Shown one piece after another: positions 28,241 to 42,281 of a DNA stretch of 64,000 nucleotides. The DNA comes from the human T2T-CHM13v2.0 reference genome, Homo sapiens, in assembly GCF_009914755.1 (NCBI RefSeq), contig NC_060932.1; one strand, given 5' to 3'. The notes under the pieces were generated by a model. The model was given only the letters and a program-made list of their open reading frames with translations. It had not been told where the DNA came from and did not search any database. The position numbers were made by a program, and so were the translations under genes. Within the stretch, counting starts at the first letter, position 1. Each line of letters opens with the position of its first letter.

Positions 28241-28591
28241 TTTCTTAGTCAGTTCTGGCTGCTACAACAAAATACCATGGAATGTGTGTCTTAAACAGCA
28301 AAGGTTTACTCTCACAGTTCTGAAGGCAAGGCAGTCCAAGATCAAGGTATCAAGATGCCAGAAAATTCAGTGTCTGGTGAGGGCCACTTTCTTGCTGTAT
28401 CCTTACATGGTGGAGAGAGAGATCACCTCTTCTTTTTGTAAGGGCAATTATATTACCACAAGGTTCCTACCCTTGTAACCTAATCTAACCCTAACTGTCT
28501 CCCAAAGGCCGCGCTTCCTGGTACCATCACATTGAGGAATAGAACTTCAACATACGAATTTTACGGGGACACAAACATTCAGTCCATAGCA
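28241..28591 (-). mobile_element. MLT1A/A0 MaLR LTR
   Basis: TCTTAGTCAGTTCTGGCTGCTACAACAAAATACCA...GGGGACACAAACATTCAGTCCATAGCA. Confidence 0.88.
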
Positions 28592-28644
28592 CAAATATAA
28601 ATATACATATATTTGAATGCCTGAATAAATAACTCTTAAAAGTT

Positions 28645-28645
<1 letters not shown>

Positions 28646-28692
<47 letters not shown>

Positions 28693-28693
28693 G

Positions 28694-28727
<34 letters not shown>
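28646..28727. repeat. (TA)n(AC)12-GGG-(GT)16 compound microsatellite
   Basis: Read directly from the sequence. Confidence 0.95.
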
Positions 28728-28728
<1 letters not shown>

Positions 28729-30119
28729 AACTATACATTTATCAACCAAAAAAATTATAGGAGCAGTTTTTCATCTTTTGTGAAGATCATCTTACACTTG
28801 GGCAACTATAGCTGTAATAGTTGTACATAATATTAGTTGAATCTGAGTAGAAGTGGAATTGTATACTTAAAAATGTATGAGTAAACCTTAAAATCATGTT
28901 AGAATTAACATGATTTTAGCAAGTCTAAACATAAATATCTTTACTCTAAAACTTAAATAACATTATCTAATACATTTTACAACATTTGTTACACCCTCCC
29001 ATGCATGGTCCAATACTCTTCATCCCCTTTGCATGTTTTATATTTCCATTCATGCATATACCACTTAAAAAAACTATAGAACTATTCATGTAGTTTGTTT
29101 AAAAATCTGCCTTTCTCCACCAAAATTTGAGCATTAGGAAACACACATGTTCTGCTCATTAGTTTACCCCCAGTTTTAGTGCATATTCAGCAAATTCTTA
29201 AATTAATGCATAAAATGACCACAGAGGAGGAAAAAAATTGGCTGCCCAGACAAAGGAACTGAAATTCCTATAACTGTGAGAGAACTATGTTCACCAAACC
29301 TGAGAAGTCTGGATACTTAGTGAAGAAAAATTTGGTCAGCTTTTTTTGTGGTTAAAGTATAAATATGAACAAAAAAACAAGGAAGATTTCTACCTTTACA
29401 GGGAAGGCCAGAGAGATTCAAACAATTCTCATTTTCACACTCCTTTTCCAAGATTTCATGAGAGAAAGTAAGCACTCAATAAAAATGTATTGAATGAATA
29501 AAATAAATGAAATTTACTTGAACTGATGAACAAATTACATGTGATACTTATTCTCACTAAGAACACAACAAATGTCAAAAAAATAGAAAGCATAGTCAAT
29601 GTAAATATTTTATCTAAAGGGTACTACGTTTTATTCTATCAAATATATGGAATATAACCAAGGTACACTTCCATTCAGAAAACTTCTAAAACACATCTTG
29701 TGAGTGAAAGCTAATGACATCTACTTAGGAGTTACCTAAATGATGCAGTTACATCTGTGAGCATTCTAAAAATACAAGCAAAAGAAATTATTTATATGTT
29801 CCTTAAGTAATACATATGATTTACAACATAAAAATATTTTTTTCTGAAAAAAATGTTATATTGTTAGCTCTACAGCTCATTTTTAAAGTCCTGGATATTA
29901 TTAATAAAATAGGCAAATATGAATCTAGAACAGAGAGATACTTAAAAACTCCTTAGACCTCCCAGAAATGAAAAAAATATATATACATACATATATTTAT
30001 GTGTTTGTGTTGTATTTACATCAATGCCAAAAGCAAATTATTAAACCATCTTGTTTGCACAGATTTATATAGCAGTTGTTAAATAATGTCACTTCTTTAG
30101 CAATGTATAATGGAAATCA

Positions 30120-30310
30120 TGTTTCAAAACCTGCAATAAGCATTTGCTTTGGATTATATTGTTTAGCCCTTTCAAAACTTCTGTGAGCTGGTTGTGTTAT
30201 TTCACTCTCGTTTCCAGATGGAGAAACTAAAGCTTAGAAAATGAAGTAATTTTCTCCCAATCACATTGAGAAAATAGGAAAACTGGACATTGAATCCAGA
30301 CATGATCTAA
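30120..30310 (-). mobile_element. MIR
   Basis: CAGATGGAGAAACTAAAGCTTAGAAAATGAAGTAATTT...TGAATCCAGAC. Confidence 0.7.
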
Positions 30311-30546
30311 ACCAGTTGCTGCACAGTATGGTAACCACTAGCTACATGTCATTATTCAGTACTTGAAATGTGACTGGTGTGACAGGGGAAATTTATTTTA
30401 ATTGTGTTTAATTTAAATCAATTTAAATTTAAAAATGAAAGAAGTATAAAATAATTTAATTCAATAAACACAACGTTGTTGTATTGGTAGCACTATATTT
30501 AGCTTCAAACATTGATTGTTTTATATATTATTGTCTTCTTGGAGTA

Positions 30547-30939
30547 TGATATGGTTTGGCTTGTGCCCCCACCCAAATCTCATGTTGAAATTATAATTCC
30601 CAATTAAAATTACAATTGGGGGAGGGACCTAGTAGAAGATGACTGGATCATGGGGGCAGATTTCCCTCTTGCTGTTGTCATGATAGCAAGTGAGTTCTCA
30701 CAAGATCTGGGTGTTTAAAGGTGTATAGCACTTCCCCCTTTCCTCTCTGTCTCCTGCTGGCCATGTGAAGATGTGTTTGCTTTCCCTTTGCCTTCTGCCA
30801 TGATTGTAAGTTTACTGAGGCCTCCCCAGCCTTGCTTCCTGCACAGCCTGCGGAACTGTGAGCCAATTAAACCTCTTTTCTTTATAAATTACCCAGTCTC
30901 AGGTAGTTCTTTATAGCAATATGAGAACAGACTAATACC
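30547..30939 (+). mobile_element. MSTA/THE1D-like solo LTR
   Basis: TGATATGGTTTGG...ACTAATACC with perfect 5-bp TSD GAGTA (30542-30546 and 30940-30944). Confidence 0.92.
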
Positions 30940-31281
30940 GAGTATGCATATTAAGTGTCTAAACTGTTTCTAGTATTCCACATAAAAACATCACAAATCT
31001 AGTTAATGTCAATGGATGGATATTTTGCACAATGTAAGCACCAATATAATATTGTAATGTGTTTATTTGGATATTATATGCAAATAGCACAATACCTAAA
31101 TGAATTGTAAGTGGAAATTAAGTTGAAACACTTATTAAATTGTAATACAACTAAATTATTTCTCTAGCTTAAAAACAAGTGTAGAAAATTTCTAGATTTA
31201 AAACAAAGAAATACTACATATGCAGAATCAAGTGAAAATGCAAAAGCTGTACTGCACACATAGTAGTGTTTTTAAAAATAG

Positions 31282-31499
<218 letters not shown>

Positions 31500-33144
31500 T
31501 AAAAATAGAAAACTTTTTTAAAGGAAACTTACAATCATGGCAGAAGGCAAAGGGGAGTATGTTGGAGTATGATATGGAGAGAAAAAGAGAAACTGTTAGA
31601 AGGTATGTAGCAAATTTCTCAATGATTAATGATGGCAATTTCGTGCCACATAGCAAAATAGAAAAAAAGCATACTGTATAATGCTTCTAAAGAAGCATCT
31701 CTGGGATGGTCGTGGATGGGGCAGAGATAGTCAAAACTCATAGAGGCAGTCAAGCATCAGTGATAAGAGTAGTAGCTCTGGATTCAATTTCATGCCACAT
31801 AGCAAAATAAAAAGGCTATGTAGCAAATTTCTCAATGATTGATGATGGCAATTTTGTGCCACATAGCAAAATAAAAAAGCTGCTCGGTTAAAAAATATAT
31901 ATAGTAAAGTTGATAATATTAAAGATATTTTAGCAAAAAGTAAATTTGATAAGCAATTTCCTCTCAATAGTAAAAAAAAAATCTGTGAATATAGTCCCCT
32001 GAAATCAGAAAAAAATACCAAAATAATCCCACAAATTTTAAAAAATAATTTGGGATTGCCTCTAAGTTTGTACGTTTGACCAACTATGATTCTGGCACAA
32101 GGTACTGGCGAAGCAAATCAAATGTTCCATGACGTATTTACTTCTCATCTCACAGGATCCCTTTATTTAATTGGAAAACAACAAGTCATAACTCTCAGAA
32201 GTAGTCATTACATCCCAAGTAGGCTTCAAGTTTTTCATCTGAAAAGTACTCAAGAGTCTCTGGAGAGACTGCCAAAATCATAGGCAAGTAGGTGGGTGGT
32301 TTAATTGTGTAGTAAAAGAAGAATTAAGTAAACTTTTCCCTAAAGTGCCTGAGAACCTACCAGATGTCTGCTGAGGAAACAGAGCGGGGGCAAATTCTGG
32401 GCCCAGCTAAGATGGAATGGGAAATGGATTGGTTCTCTAGGACCTGGAGGCAGCTACAGCTTCAGCTCATGCAAGATTGGCAATCTAGAAAGAGGGCAGG
32501 AACTAAAGAGAACAGCAAACATTCTTCTAGCCATTGGCAGTATCCACATAAAAGAAAAGAGTTTGTCTTTCCAGTCTTTGCTTCTGAGCCATAACATCCT
32601 TTCTCATAATGCGTATTGGTTGTCGCAAGCAATTATTTGCCTTAACATTAAAAGTTTATACTCTTGAAAAGAACTGAAAGACTTTAATTTTACATTCTGT
32701 ATTATATACCAGACTGAGGCTTGCTAGATGTAATCTGAATTAAAGAAAACAGTGGAGATGGTGGGATACAACCTACTTATAAATATAGAAAGTATTCAGA
32801 CTTAAAATTTTGAAATCAAACATGTGCAGCTTCAACATGGGTAGGCTGCTGTGGACTAGCTTATATATACCCACTGCTCTGTGGGGAATGAAGTTCTGAA
32901 GTCCAGGCAAAAGGTACAAGGTGATGTTTACACACACATTGAGGAGAGGGTTTTATTACAAAGTTTACAGGTTTCTGTAAAATTTGCCTCTAGAAATTCA
33001 ATTTTCATTGGTCTTGTTTTTAACACTTTTACTGTATATAGTGTCTGTTTTATTTTTATAATATGTATAATGCTTCTAAACAAGCATCTTTGGGATGGTG
33101 GTGGGATGAGACAGAGATGGTCAAAACTCATAGAGGCAGTCAAG

Positions 33145-33350
33145 TACCAGTGACAAGAGTAGCTCTGGATTCAGACAGACCAGGTTTTATACCCTACTTC
33201 AGCCCTCTAGAGCTATAGGACTTTGAGCTTGTTCCCTAGCCTCTATAACACTATATTTTATCAAGTATAAGGAAGGGGTATAATAGTAATAATTTGCAGA
33301 TAAATTAGGACATATCAAGAAACTTGCACAGGGTTTACATACATTGATTT
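33145..33350 (+). mobile_element. MIR
   Basis: GCTCTGGATTCAGACAGACCAGGTTT...GACTTTGAGC. Confidence 0.65.
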
Positions 33351-33473
33351 ATTTTGTTTATCTCATATGCTAAAATACACATTTTGTGCTTCAAAGGACA
33401 CATCAATTTACACTGGGACACATGTAAAAGTGATGACACTATAAACTTAAGTATTTATTACTTCAATATCTAA

Positions 33474-33795
<322 letters not shown>

Positions 33796-36221
33796 GTGAC
33801 TTCAGTCTTAATGAAATTTCCTTGTCTAGCAATGGGATGCTAATGGATTCAAAGAAATGGAAACATTTATAAGTATTCAAATATCATTTCACTGAAAATA
33901 AACAATTTTTTACAAGTAGTGACTGAATAGTTTTAAGCAGAAAAAAAAGGAACATTTAAGGACTTTAAATTGACTCTATTTTATTTTAGATGGCATCTTT
34001 AAGTAAAGATTATGTAACAGCAACTGAAAAGCTCCATCTGCTGGCTTTTGATTTCACTGGAAATGCATTATGATCATGTTCTTTTCTGATTTGATTCCCC
34101 TCCCCCTAATAGTTAATGTACTTATAATTGCTTCTTTATTGACTAAAAACTTAGCACTGATGTTACACTTTTGCATTTTAAATTCAGTGCTCATACATTA
34201 ATTTTAAAAATGGCTAAGAGAAAAAGGCTTGTACCATGAAATAAACCCATATTTTGAACCAGTTGCACTCTTGTAATTAGGTATGAAAGCAGTAAAATTA
34301 TTTATGTCGATGGAAAAAGACATTATAATATATAAATTTCCTTAAATATTCTTAACAAAAGTATTTTCTTATAATATTTCCTGAATGTCTTCATTATCTT
34401 TGAATATTTGTCTTTGCTATGGTAAACATAATAATAATTTGACATATAAAACTCACTTCATTGAAATCATATGTTTCCAATGGTCATAAAAAGTTAGACA
34501 AGACAGTGTATCATTATTATATCATAAAAAGTTAGATAAGCCAATGTACTGTTATTTTATCACATGGATTTAAAAAATAATTAAAAACAAATATAACCTT
34601 AATAACATCATTGGTCATCGAAAATTTATATATGTGAAATTGTAATTTTAGGCAACTGAGCATTTATGACATTTATAGGAACCATATCAATTTGTAAGCT
34701 ATAAAGCACAATTTATAATATAAATCATATGGGCAGAAAACAATATCCCTGCCTCATTAGCAATAGGAAATATAGTCCTAATGCAAGCAAATTTTAATAT
34801 TTCATTGACCAATTTAGCTTATACTCAATGTTATTTCCTATTTTGCATGAACATGTCTATTAAGGATTAGTCCAATCTCAAAAGAAAAATGAGGCAGATT
34901 TTAATAAATAGATCTATAAGCTCTGATTGGCCTCCATCTATATTAATAAGTTATTCACAAGAGTATGTATTTCTCTAAATCATCTGGGAAAATAGCATTT
35001 GTAGCTAAAGTTGATAAGGATTTATTTGAAGTTGAACTTGCATTGAACATACAAGTCCAGCTGGTCAAATATTTTGATTCAAAAAAATTACTGAACACAA
35101 ACTCTGTGTTAGAAATTCTGTTAGGTTTGGAAGATACAAAGATAAATAAACTATAACTCACAGATTAGACATTAGATTATTTGCCCAAGGGAAAAAGAAG
35201 AAAAATACAATATCATAATAACAGCAACAGAAGTTGGCATTGAGTTATATATAGAAGAGTCAGAAAGGAAAATTGAGAATATTTCCGGTTGGGGAACCTC
35301 CAAGATCAAAAGTAAGTATATTACATTTGATCTTCAAATGACACTTTCTGGTATACTTCTCAGTAATAAAAAGTATCTGCATAAAAAGTGAGACCATTTC
35401 TCCTTAACTAGAAAGTCACCATCCTTGGTGCCCTGTAGGTAACAAGACTATTGCAGTGTGAAACAGCATTATGTAATATTTTAATGAAAACTTTTAAGCC
35501 CGAGGCAAATTAAATAAGTAGGCAAAACAGCTCTTTCCCACTCAGTATTTCCACCCTGTTCCCTTTTCTCAGTTTTGTGGGATGCACCTCTTGTGTACTC
35601 TTGAGATTTTGTCTGTTTGTTTCAGTGGTAAAAGATAACTGTCCCCACTCAATATCACACTTTAGTTTGAAGGAGAAAAGCAGTAACTTAATCCAGTGTG
35701 TTTAGAAGAAGAAACTGGATTTTCATAAGAACTTCTTCCTCCCCATATTCTTCTTGGGATTTAGTTACCCTATTCCTGCCTGACAAAAATGGTAAAGGCA
35801 GTATTTGCCTCTGGAACCCAAGAAGCCTGAAGTTTGGGAGGGTTTAACTTTGAACACCAATGCTGAGGAGATAAAAATATTGAATCTGTATTCCTTAAAA
35901 AATACTGCTCAGCCCAGCCAGAATACTGACCTTCTGCTACCATTTTCCTCACAGATAATTTCTGTAATAAAACCCTCTCCTCAATGTGTGTGTAAACATC
36001 ACCTTGTACCTTTTGCCTGGACTTCAGAACTTCATTAAGTTACATTGACTCTCATAAGGTTAAGCCTATACTATATCACATTGATCATTGTGAACCAGTA
36101 TGGTATGGATCACAACTCCTGAAGTTCATAAGAAAATTACACAAAATAATTTCTTAGATACGACAAAACATCAAAAGCTTCTCTTATTTATAGTTAATTG
36201 CTTACACGTGCTTACACGTGA

Positions 36222-37050
36222 TAAAGGATAATTCAAAGTCCTTTATCAGATATGTTTTGTAAATAATTTCTCTCATTCCATGGCTTGTGCTTTAATTCTT
36301 TTAATGGTATCTTTCACAGAGTGTATTAGTTTCTGGTTGCAGCTGTAGCAAATTACCACAAAGTTGATAGCTTAAAACAATAAAATTCTGCTCTTTCCCT
36401 GTTCTGGAGACCAGAAATTTAACACCAATTTGACTAGGATGTATTTCAGAAGGGCCTTGTTCCCGGAGGCTCTAGTGAAGGAGTTCCCTAACTCTTCTAG
36501 TTTCTGGTGGCTGCTGGCTTGCTTTCGTGGCTGCTTCGCCCCAATGCCTGTTTCCATTTTCACATCACCTTCTCCTCTTGTGTGAGTCTAATTTTCCTCC
36601 ACCTCTCACTAATAAGAACTGAATTTGGATACCACTCAGAGAATCCAGGGTAATCTCTTCATGTTAAGACGCTTAACTTAATCATATCTACAAAGATCTT
36701 TTTTTTCTTACAAGTTCACATTCACAGGTTCCAAGAATTAGGACCTGGTATCTCTGACTATACATTTTCAGCCTACTATATAGATCAGAATGTTTTTAAT
36801 TTTAATAATGTCTAACTTATCAATTATTGAATTTCATGGATTTTTCTTTGGGGATTGTATCTAAAAGTTATTATCAAACCTGAAGTTACACAGATTTTCT
36901 CCTATGTGTTCTAGAAGTCTTACAGATTTGTGTTTCACATTTAGTTCTATGATCTTTTTTGAGTTAATTTCTATGAAATATGTAAGGTCTATGTCTAAAT
37001 TTATTTTTAATATGGATGTTCAATTGTTTCAGCAACATTTGTTAAAGAAT
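36222..37050 (-). mobile_element. L1M ORF2 fragment split by an LTR
   Basis: AGTCCTTTATCAGATATGTTTTGTAAATA... resumes after the LTR as CAGAATGTTTTTAATTTTAATAATGTC. Confidence 0.75.
36322..36780 (-). mobile_element. MLT1B/C-type MaLR LTR
   Basis: TGTATTAGTTTC...CAAATTACCACAAA...TTCAGCCTACTATA. Confidence 0.85.
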
Positions 37051-40000
37051 TCTTATGTGTTTTTATGACTATAATTGTTCTGGAGCCATTGGCTTACTTA
37101 TCCTTACCAGAGTTGGCTTTTAAAAAGAGCTGTTAGAGTGTGATGTAGGGCAATCTCCTAAAGGAATTAGACTAAAATTTTTTTTTTTTAAAAAAGGATC
37201 TGATACAGAAAATGTATAAAGCATGGGGACAGGAACAGGGATGGATGTAATCACTCTATGTATAGTTGAGGAGAATATTATTATCATACTGCTTTACCTT
37301 TACATTTGTATTCTTTAAGCTATCATCTTTAAAAAGAACACTTGAAAAGAAAAAAAATTTGAATGTGGAAATGAAATGCTAGCCTAAAAATATTTTACTA
37401 AAACATGTACTTCGATTTCAACAAGTTCTAGTTTTTTGAAGGAAAATAGCCAAATTAAATTCTGACAATGGACATATATAAAAGGATTAAAAAGAAAATA
37501 AAATATTTGGATTTAAATGAATCTCTAAACGATACCAGTTATACTTGAAGATTTCTTGCTGCAGTAATTTAAGTGTGAGTTTTTTTCCTTATTGTTATAT
37601 GTTCTCCAAAATATACATGAGATCTAAAATTTACCATGTCATGGAAATTTGGAAAATGACACAATTCAATGTAAGGCTTTGTTGTGGCTGCGTTACTCAT
37701 TCTGTGCTAAAACTATATTTCTTTAAAAAGTATTAGCCTAGAAAGATACCAAAACATGTTACATCACAAAAAAAGATTCTGAATTCAAATACTATTGAGA
37801 AGACTTATAAAAATTAAAAGGTTTCTGGACCACAAATATCTTAAAGAATTTAGCTATTTACTCTGTTATATTCATTTTAAAGTGAGAATGTATAGTACAC
37901 CAGATTGATCAAACAAACCGTCCTTGGAATTCTTTTCTTTTTCATGGAGCATCCCTTAATATCTCTCAGGAGACCAATGTTCTGTAGAATACATTTATGT
38001 GAAATGTTGAACTATAACAATGCCCAAGGCAGGTACCTAATGAGCTTTCCTTAAGGAAAATGAGCAAGAGTTTATGACTTTTCATGGAAATTAGAGTGAA
38101 GGTAAGCAGAAGGAAATTTTAAATAACTCATTTTAACATGGAAGAAAAAAATCAACCAAAAAAGCTGAAAACTAAACTGCTATTAAGGATTCAAAAGCAT
38201 CAGATTCTTGAATAGATCAACAGCTTTTGAGAAAAGTTACCTTAAACATAACTCATAAAATAGCTATATCTAAAATAATATATTTTCATAGTTCAGGAGT
38301 AAAAATAAAAGTGTTATTACAATAAGTTGAATTTGCAAACCACTCAAAGGATGAAATGTATAATCCTTTAGAGACAGAGCTTTATATTAAAATTTCAGTT
38401 TTACCTCATTCCATGTAACTTTGGTCAGAATGAAACTCAGAACTTAAACTAATATGTTGTAACAGCATCACAAAAAAATGATGTCTTATGTTGTATTTTT
38501 AAACTAAAAATAGATTATGTACATTTTAATTCAATATTTATAAATCATAGACGTTGGCTGAGCTGTTGTCAGTATCATACGATGATGTTACAAGATAAAT
38601 GATATTCACTGCCAGCAAACAAAAATCGGACCTGAACATGGGTTTCTATCTGACATATATGTGCCTGTCCCACTGTGTCTGTATAGGTGAGTTTTGTCAA
38701 TAAAATAATGAGAGTGTCGTTCTGTTATAATCATGAGTCTCAATGTATCAGCATATTTCCATCAATCCATATAATCTGTCATTTTTATATGTATCACTTT
38801 TTAAACAGTAACTGAATTTTTCAAGTTGAATGCAACAACAAATGACCCAAAAACCCACCAAATTATATAATTTTCCTTATAATTTATAACATATCCAGTT
38901 TAATCAATACATTTAAAAATATTTAGCCAAGAATACTTTTATTCACATGCTAGACAGTTGGCATTTTCACCATACCAAGTACTCCTAAGACTGCATCTGT
39001 TTCACCAAAAAAGGTGGGGGCAAGAATACTCTAGGATTTGATGCCAAAATATATCAGTATTTTAGGCAACATTACCCTGCTTGTTGTCCTTGCTGCCCCA
39101 GGTTTTATTTTTATTTTGTATTGTTTGCTTCTATTTTTGCAGGAGACAGAATCTCTTTGTGCAGATTTCTGCTTCCATACCTCACCAAAGAGCCCTCTGA
39201 GGGTTTATTCACAGAGATATTCTTTATAGGACACAAGGATAAATCTGGAGGAGAGACACTGATTTCTAATACATTCATTTTGCTTCTATAGAGTACCTCA
39301 ACGCTCCCCCATTAAATTTCCATGTTGATAAATAAAAATACCAGAAATATCATGAGGAAAACCAAACCAAATACCTTACTAAGAACTGTATTTGATTTAA
39401 AAGGTTGTTTTATACAATAATTTTAATTTATAATCTGCAATAGTGAAAACAAGCATGGCCCTCCATCTTCCAACACCGCCAGTGATTTAAAATGCAAATT
39501 TTCTTCATTTTGTCTTGTATCAGAATTGAGAAGAGCTAATCGTTTTATGCATATTTGAATGCAATTCTTGTTTCCAAAATGATGTCTTGAGAAAACTAGA
39601 AGTTTGAGCGTATACCATGTGTGTTTATAACACTGACAAAATCAGTTTGCTCATTTACATGATTTACAATATAGAAGTAAAGCTGGAAAATTTTTATAAA
39701 CTTTTCTAAATGTAACCTATTGTATCTTAATATCAACTGTATCTTGGGATAATGTGTTAACCATGAACAAATTATGCTTGCACAATGATTATACAAGACA
39801 AAAACTAGAGTTACGGAAATCATTGGTGTTAAAGATGTTCTCTTTTCTCTATAGTATTTAAATATACAACAAAATCATATTTATTGAAATTAGGTTATTC
39901 CCTTTAAACTAAGTTTTTAAAACAGCTTTCAAAATATGTTGAAATGAGTACTTTTTTTAAGGTTGAGAGCAAATATTCTAGATAAATGTGTGATTGAGTC

Positions 40001-40479
40001 AATTAAATCAGATTTACAATATACTTCCGGGGAATAATTAGTCAAGTTAGTATTTCCCTAAATTGAATGAATGCTTTTGGATAATACCTACTATTATAAA
40101 ATATAATTACTCATGCTATCAAATTTCCAACACATATTCCTGTTTAGAAACAACAGGACATTATCCATGTTTTCTTCATTAGCTATACTTATTTCATTCA
40201 ACTTGAGTTCTGGAATAACATATTCTTTTTTATAGGTTTAATTTTTTCATGAAGATTTTAAACCTATTATGAAGAAAGTAAAATAAATCCCCATCAGAAT
40301 TTTGTCAAATTTACTTCATTTTTTAATATTTTAAGTATTTATAAGTTATAAATTTATCCATTACATTATTTCAAAGACCAGATATTGCTTTACAATGTCT
40401 TGTACATAAATTTACCTATTATAACTTAAATTACAATTATGATTCTTCCAAAATTCAGAAGCCGTCTTACTGAAATTGG

Positions 40480-40995
40480 AATATTATCTGAACTCTTTAC
40501 CATGATCTAAAAAGACATTTCAAAATTTGGTTCCCACATATCTTAGTAACTTCGTTTTACACCATACGCCTTCTTGCTCTCTTCTTGCGTCTGGCTTCCT
40601 TTATATTTCTCAAACAAGCCAAGCTCTTCCATTCAGGGCCTTTGCACTTGTTATTTTCTGTGTTTGGAACAGTCTAATCTCCTGAATGCTGTATGACTGT
40701 ATTTTTTCATAATTCAAGCCTCAACCCAAACCATATTTCTTTAAATAGACTTCCCTGGCCCACCACCTCTAAAGTGTCTTTGCCTCTTCCCTGGATGCTG
40801 TCTAGTACAGCCCTTGTTTATTTTCTTCATGATAATTGCAATCTAAATTATTTTATTTATTTATTTACATGTGTGTTGTCTATTTCCACGAATGAAGTGG
40901 AAACATCATGGGGGCTGAGTCCTATTGCTACCTGCTGATTTGCTACTGACTGCATCATTATTTGGTACATAAATATTTGTTGAATAAAGAATGAA
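40480..40995 (+). mobile_element. L2 3' relic
   Basis: TCAGGGCCTTTGCACTTGTT...TAAATATTTGTTGAATAAAGAATGAA. Confidence 0.75.
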
Positions 40996-42281
40996 AAAAT
41001 TAACTACACTTCCTATTTGTCCTCCTTAGGAAGCCAAATGAAAATTTTCTTTTCTCACATAATTTTGGCTCAAAATGGCATAATTGGCCAACTGCCAGAC
41101 TACCAAACTTCTAAAGCAATACTTTCCCCTTTTGACTAATACTAACTCACCTTCCCAGCTGTGTTACCAAAGAACCTTTTCATTTGGTTGACTCCCATGC
41201 GATGTCAACCTCAGGAGCGATGTCTCAAGTTCCAAAGCCAGATGGCCATTTCCAGGAATTTAACAGATATGCTGGCTCTTGTCATGGATAAGTTTGAATT
41301 ACTAGACTTATCACTGGTCTTCAGTCCCCAGAACTTTACACTTAGCAACACTTAAGCAATATTACAATGTATATCTCTATGAGTGTGTACGTCTTCTATA
41401 AATGAGAACTTTCTTTTGCAGTAAGTTTCCTAGAGGAATATGGATAAATATGTTTCTTTATATAAAGATGTTAATGTGTTACCTTTCCTTATATATCACA
41501 TTATCTTCCTAAAAACTCAAGTTCAACACAAAATCCAACTGATCAAAATGTTTAACCCTTTTATCCGCAGTTATAAGGTTGAGCAGCAATAACATTGGCA
41601 AAGCAAGTGATGCCCTGATGACACGTCAATAATCTTGGCTTTTAAAACTGTATTATGAAGACCGATTCTGTGTCCTAACAACTGAATAATATTTACATAT
41701 CATTTATAATTTTCTGTCAATGCACACCATATCTAAATTCATATCTAGTCCTACTTTTATTATCCCTTAATCTTAGGTATTTTCCAATGAAGGTAATGTT
41801 TTCTGGGGAAAATATCTGCAATTGCTGAGAATAGTGAAGCATTACAGTGAATCACCAAGGAACGGTGGGTTTGTGTTTCTAAAAACTAACCCTCAAATAG
41901 AAACAACTGCATTGAAATATAATTTAATGAAAAGTGTCCAATAAAAGTTATTCATAAATATAATTTAATGTGTGCTTAATGGTGGCAAGTGAGGCAAACA
42001 AAAGGAGAATACTACTCATTTTCATTCCTGAGATCAGCATATCTTTATTATAGTAAATCTCTATCAATTTCTCACCATATTTTTCAGAAAAATGATGATT
42101 CAGGTAGAAAATAATTTCACCCACATTTTAGTTAATCAATGCACAGCAGTCCCAAGGACTGTGTGATGATAATAATAATAAAATAAAATTTGAGGATCCA
42201 AATTATTAGATAAATTCTTACTATCTATATTTATCTTGAATCTGTTTTTGTTGGCTTGAGAAAAAAAGAACTTTCTCCTCT

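Noticed and set aside
31604-31880. Repeat-spacer pattern around TGCCACATAGCAAAATA (3 copies)
   Set aside because: Spacing is irregular and the intervening DNA is copied from neighbouring sequence. Local duplication explains it.
39110-39340. Isolated splice-like signals (TTTTTGCAG near 39141; also minus-strand donors near 18050, 43945 and 62080)
   Set aside because: Such signals are common by chance in AT-rich DNA, and they do not assemble into a consistent exon chain or coding frame.
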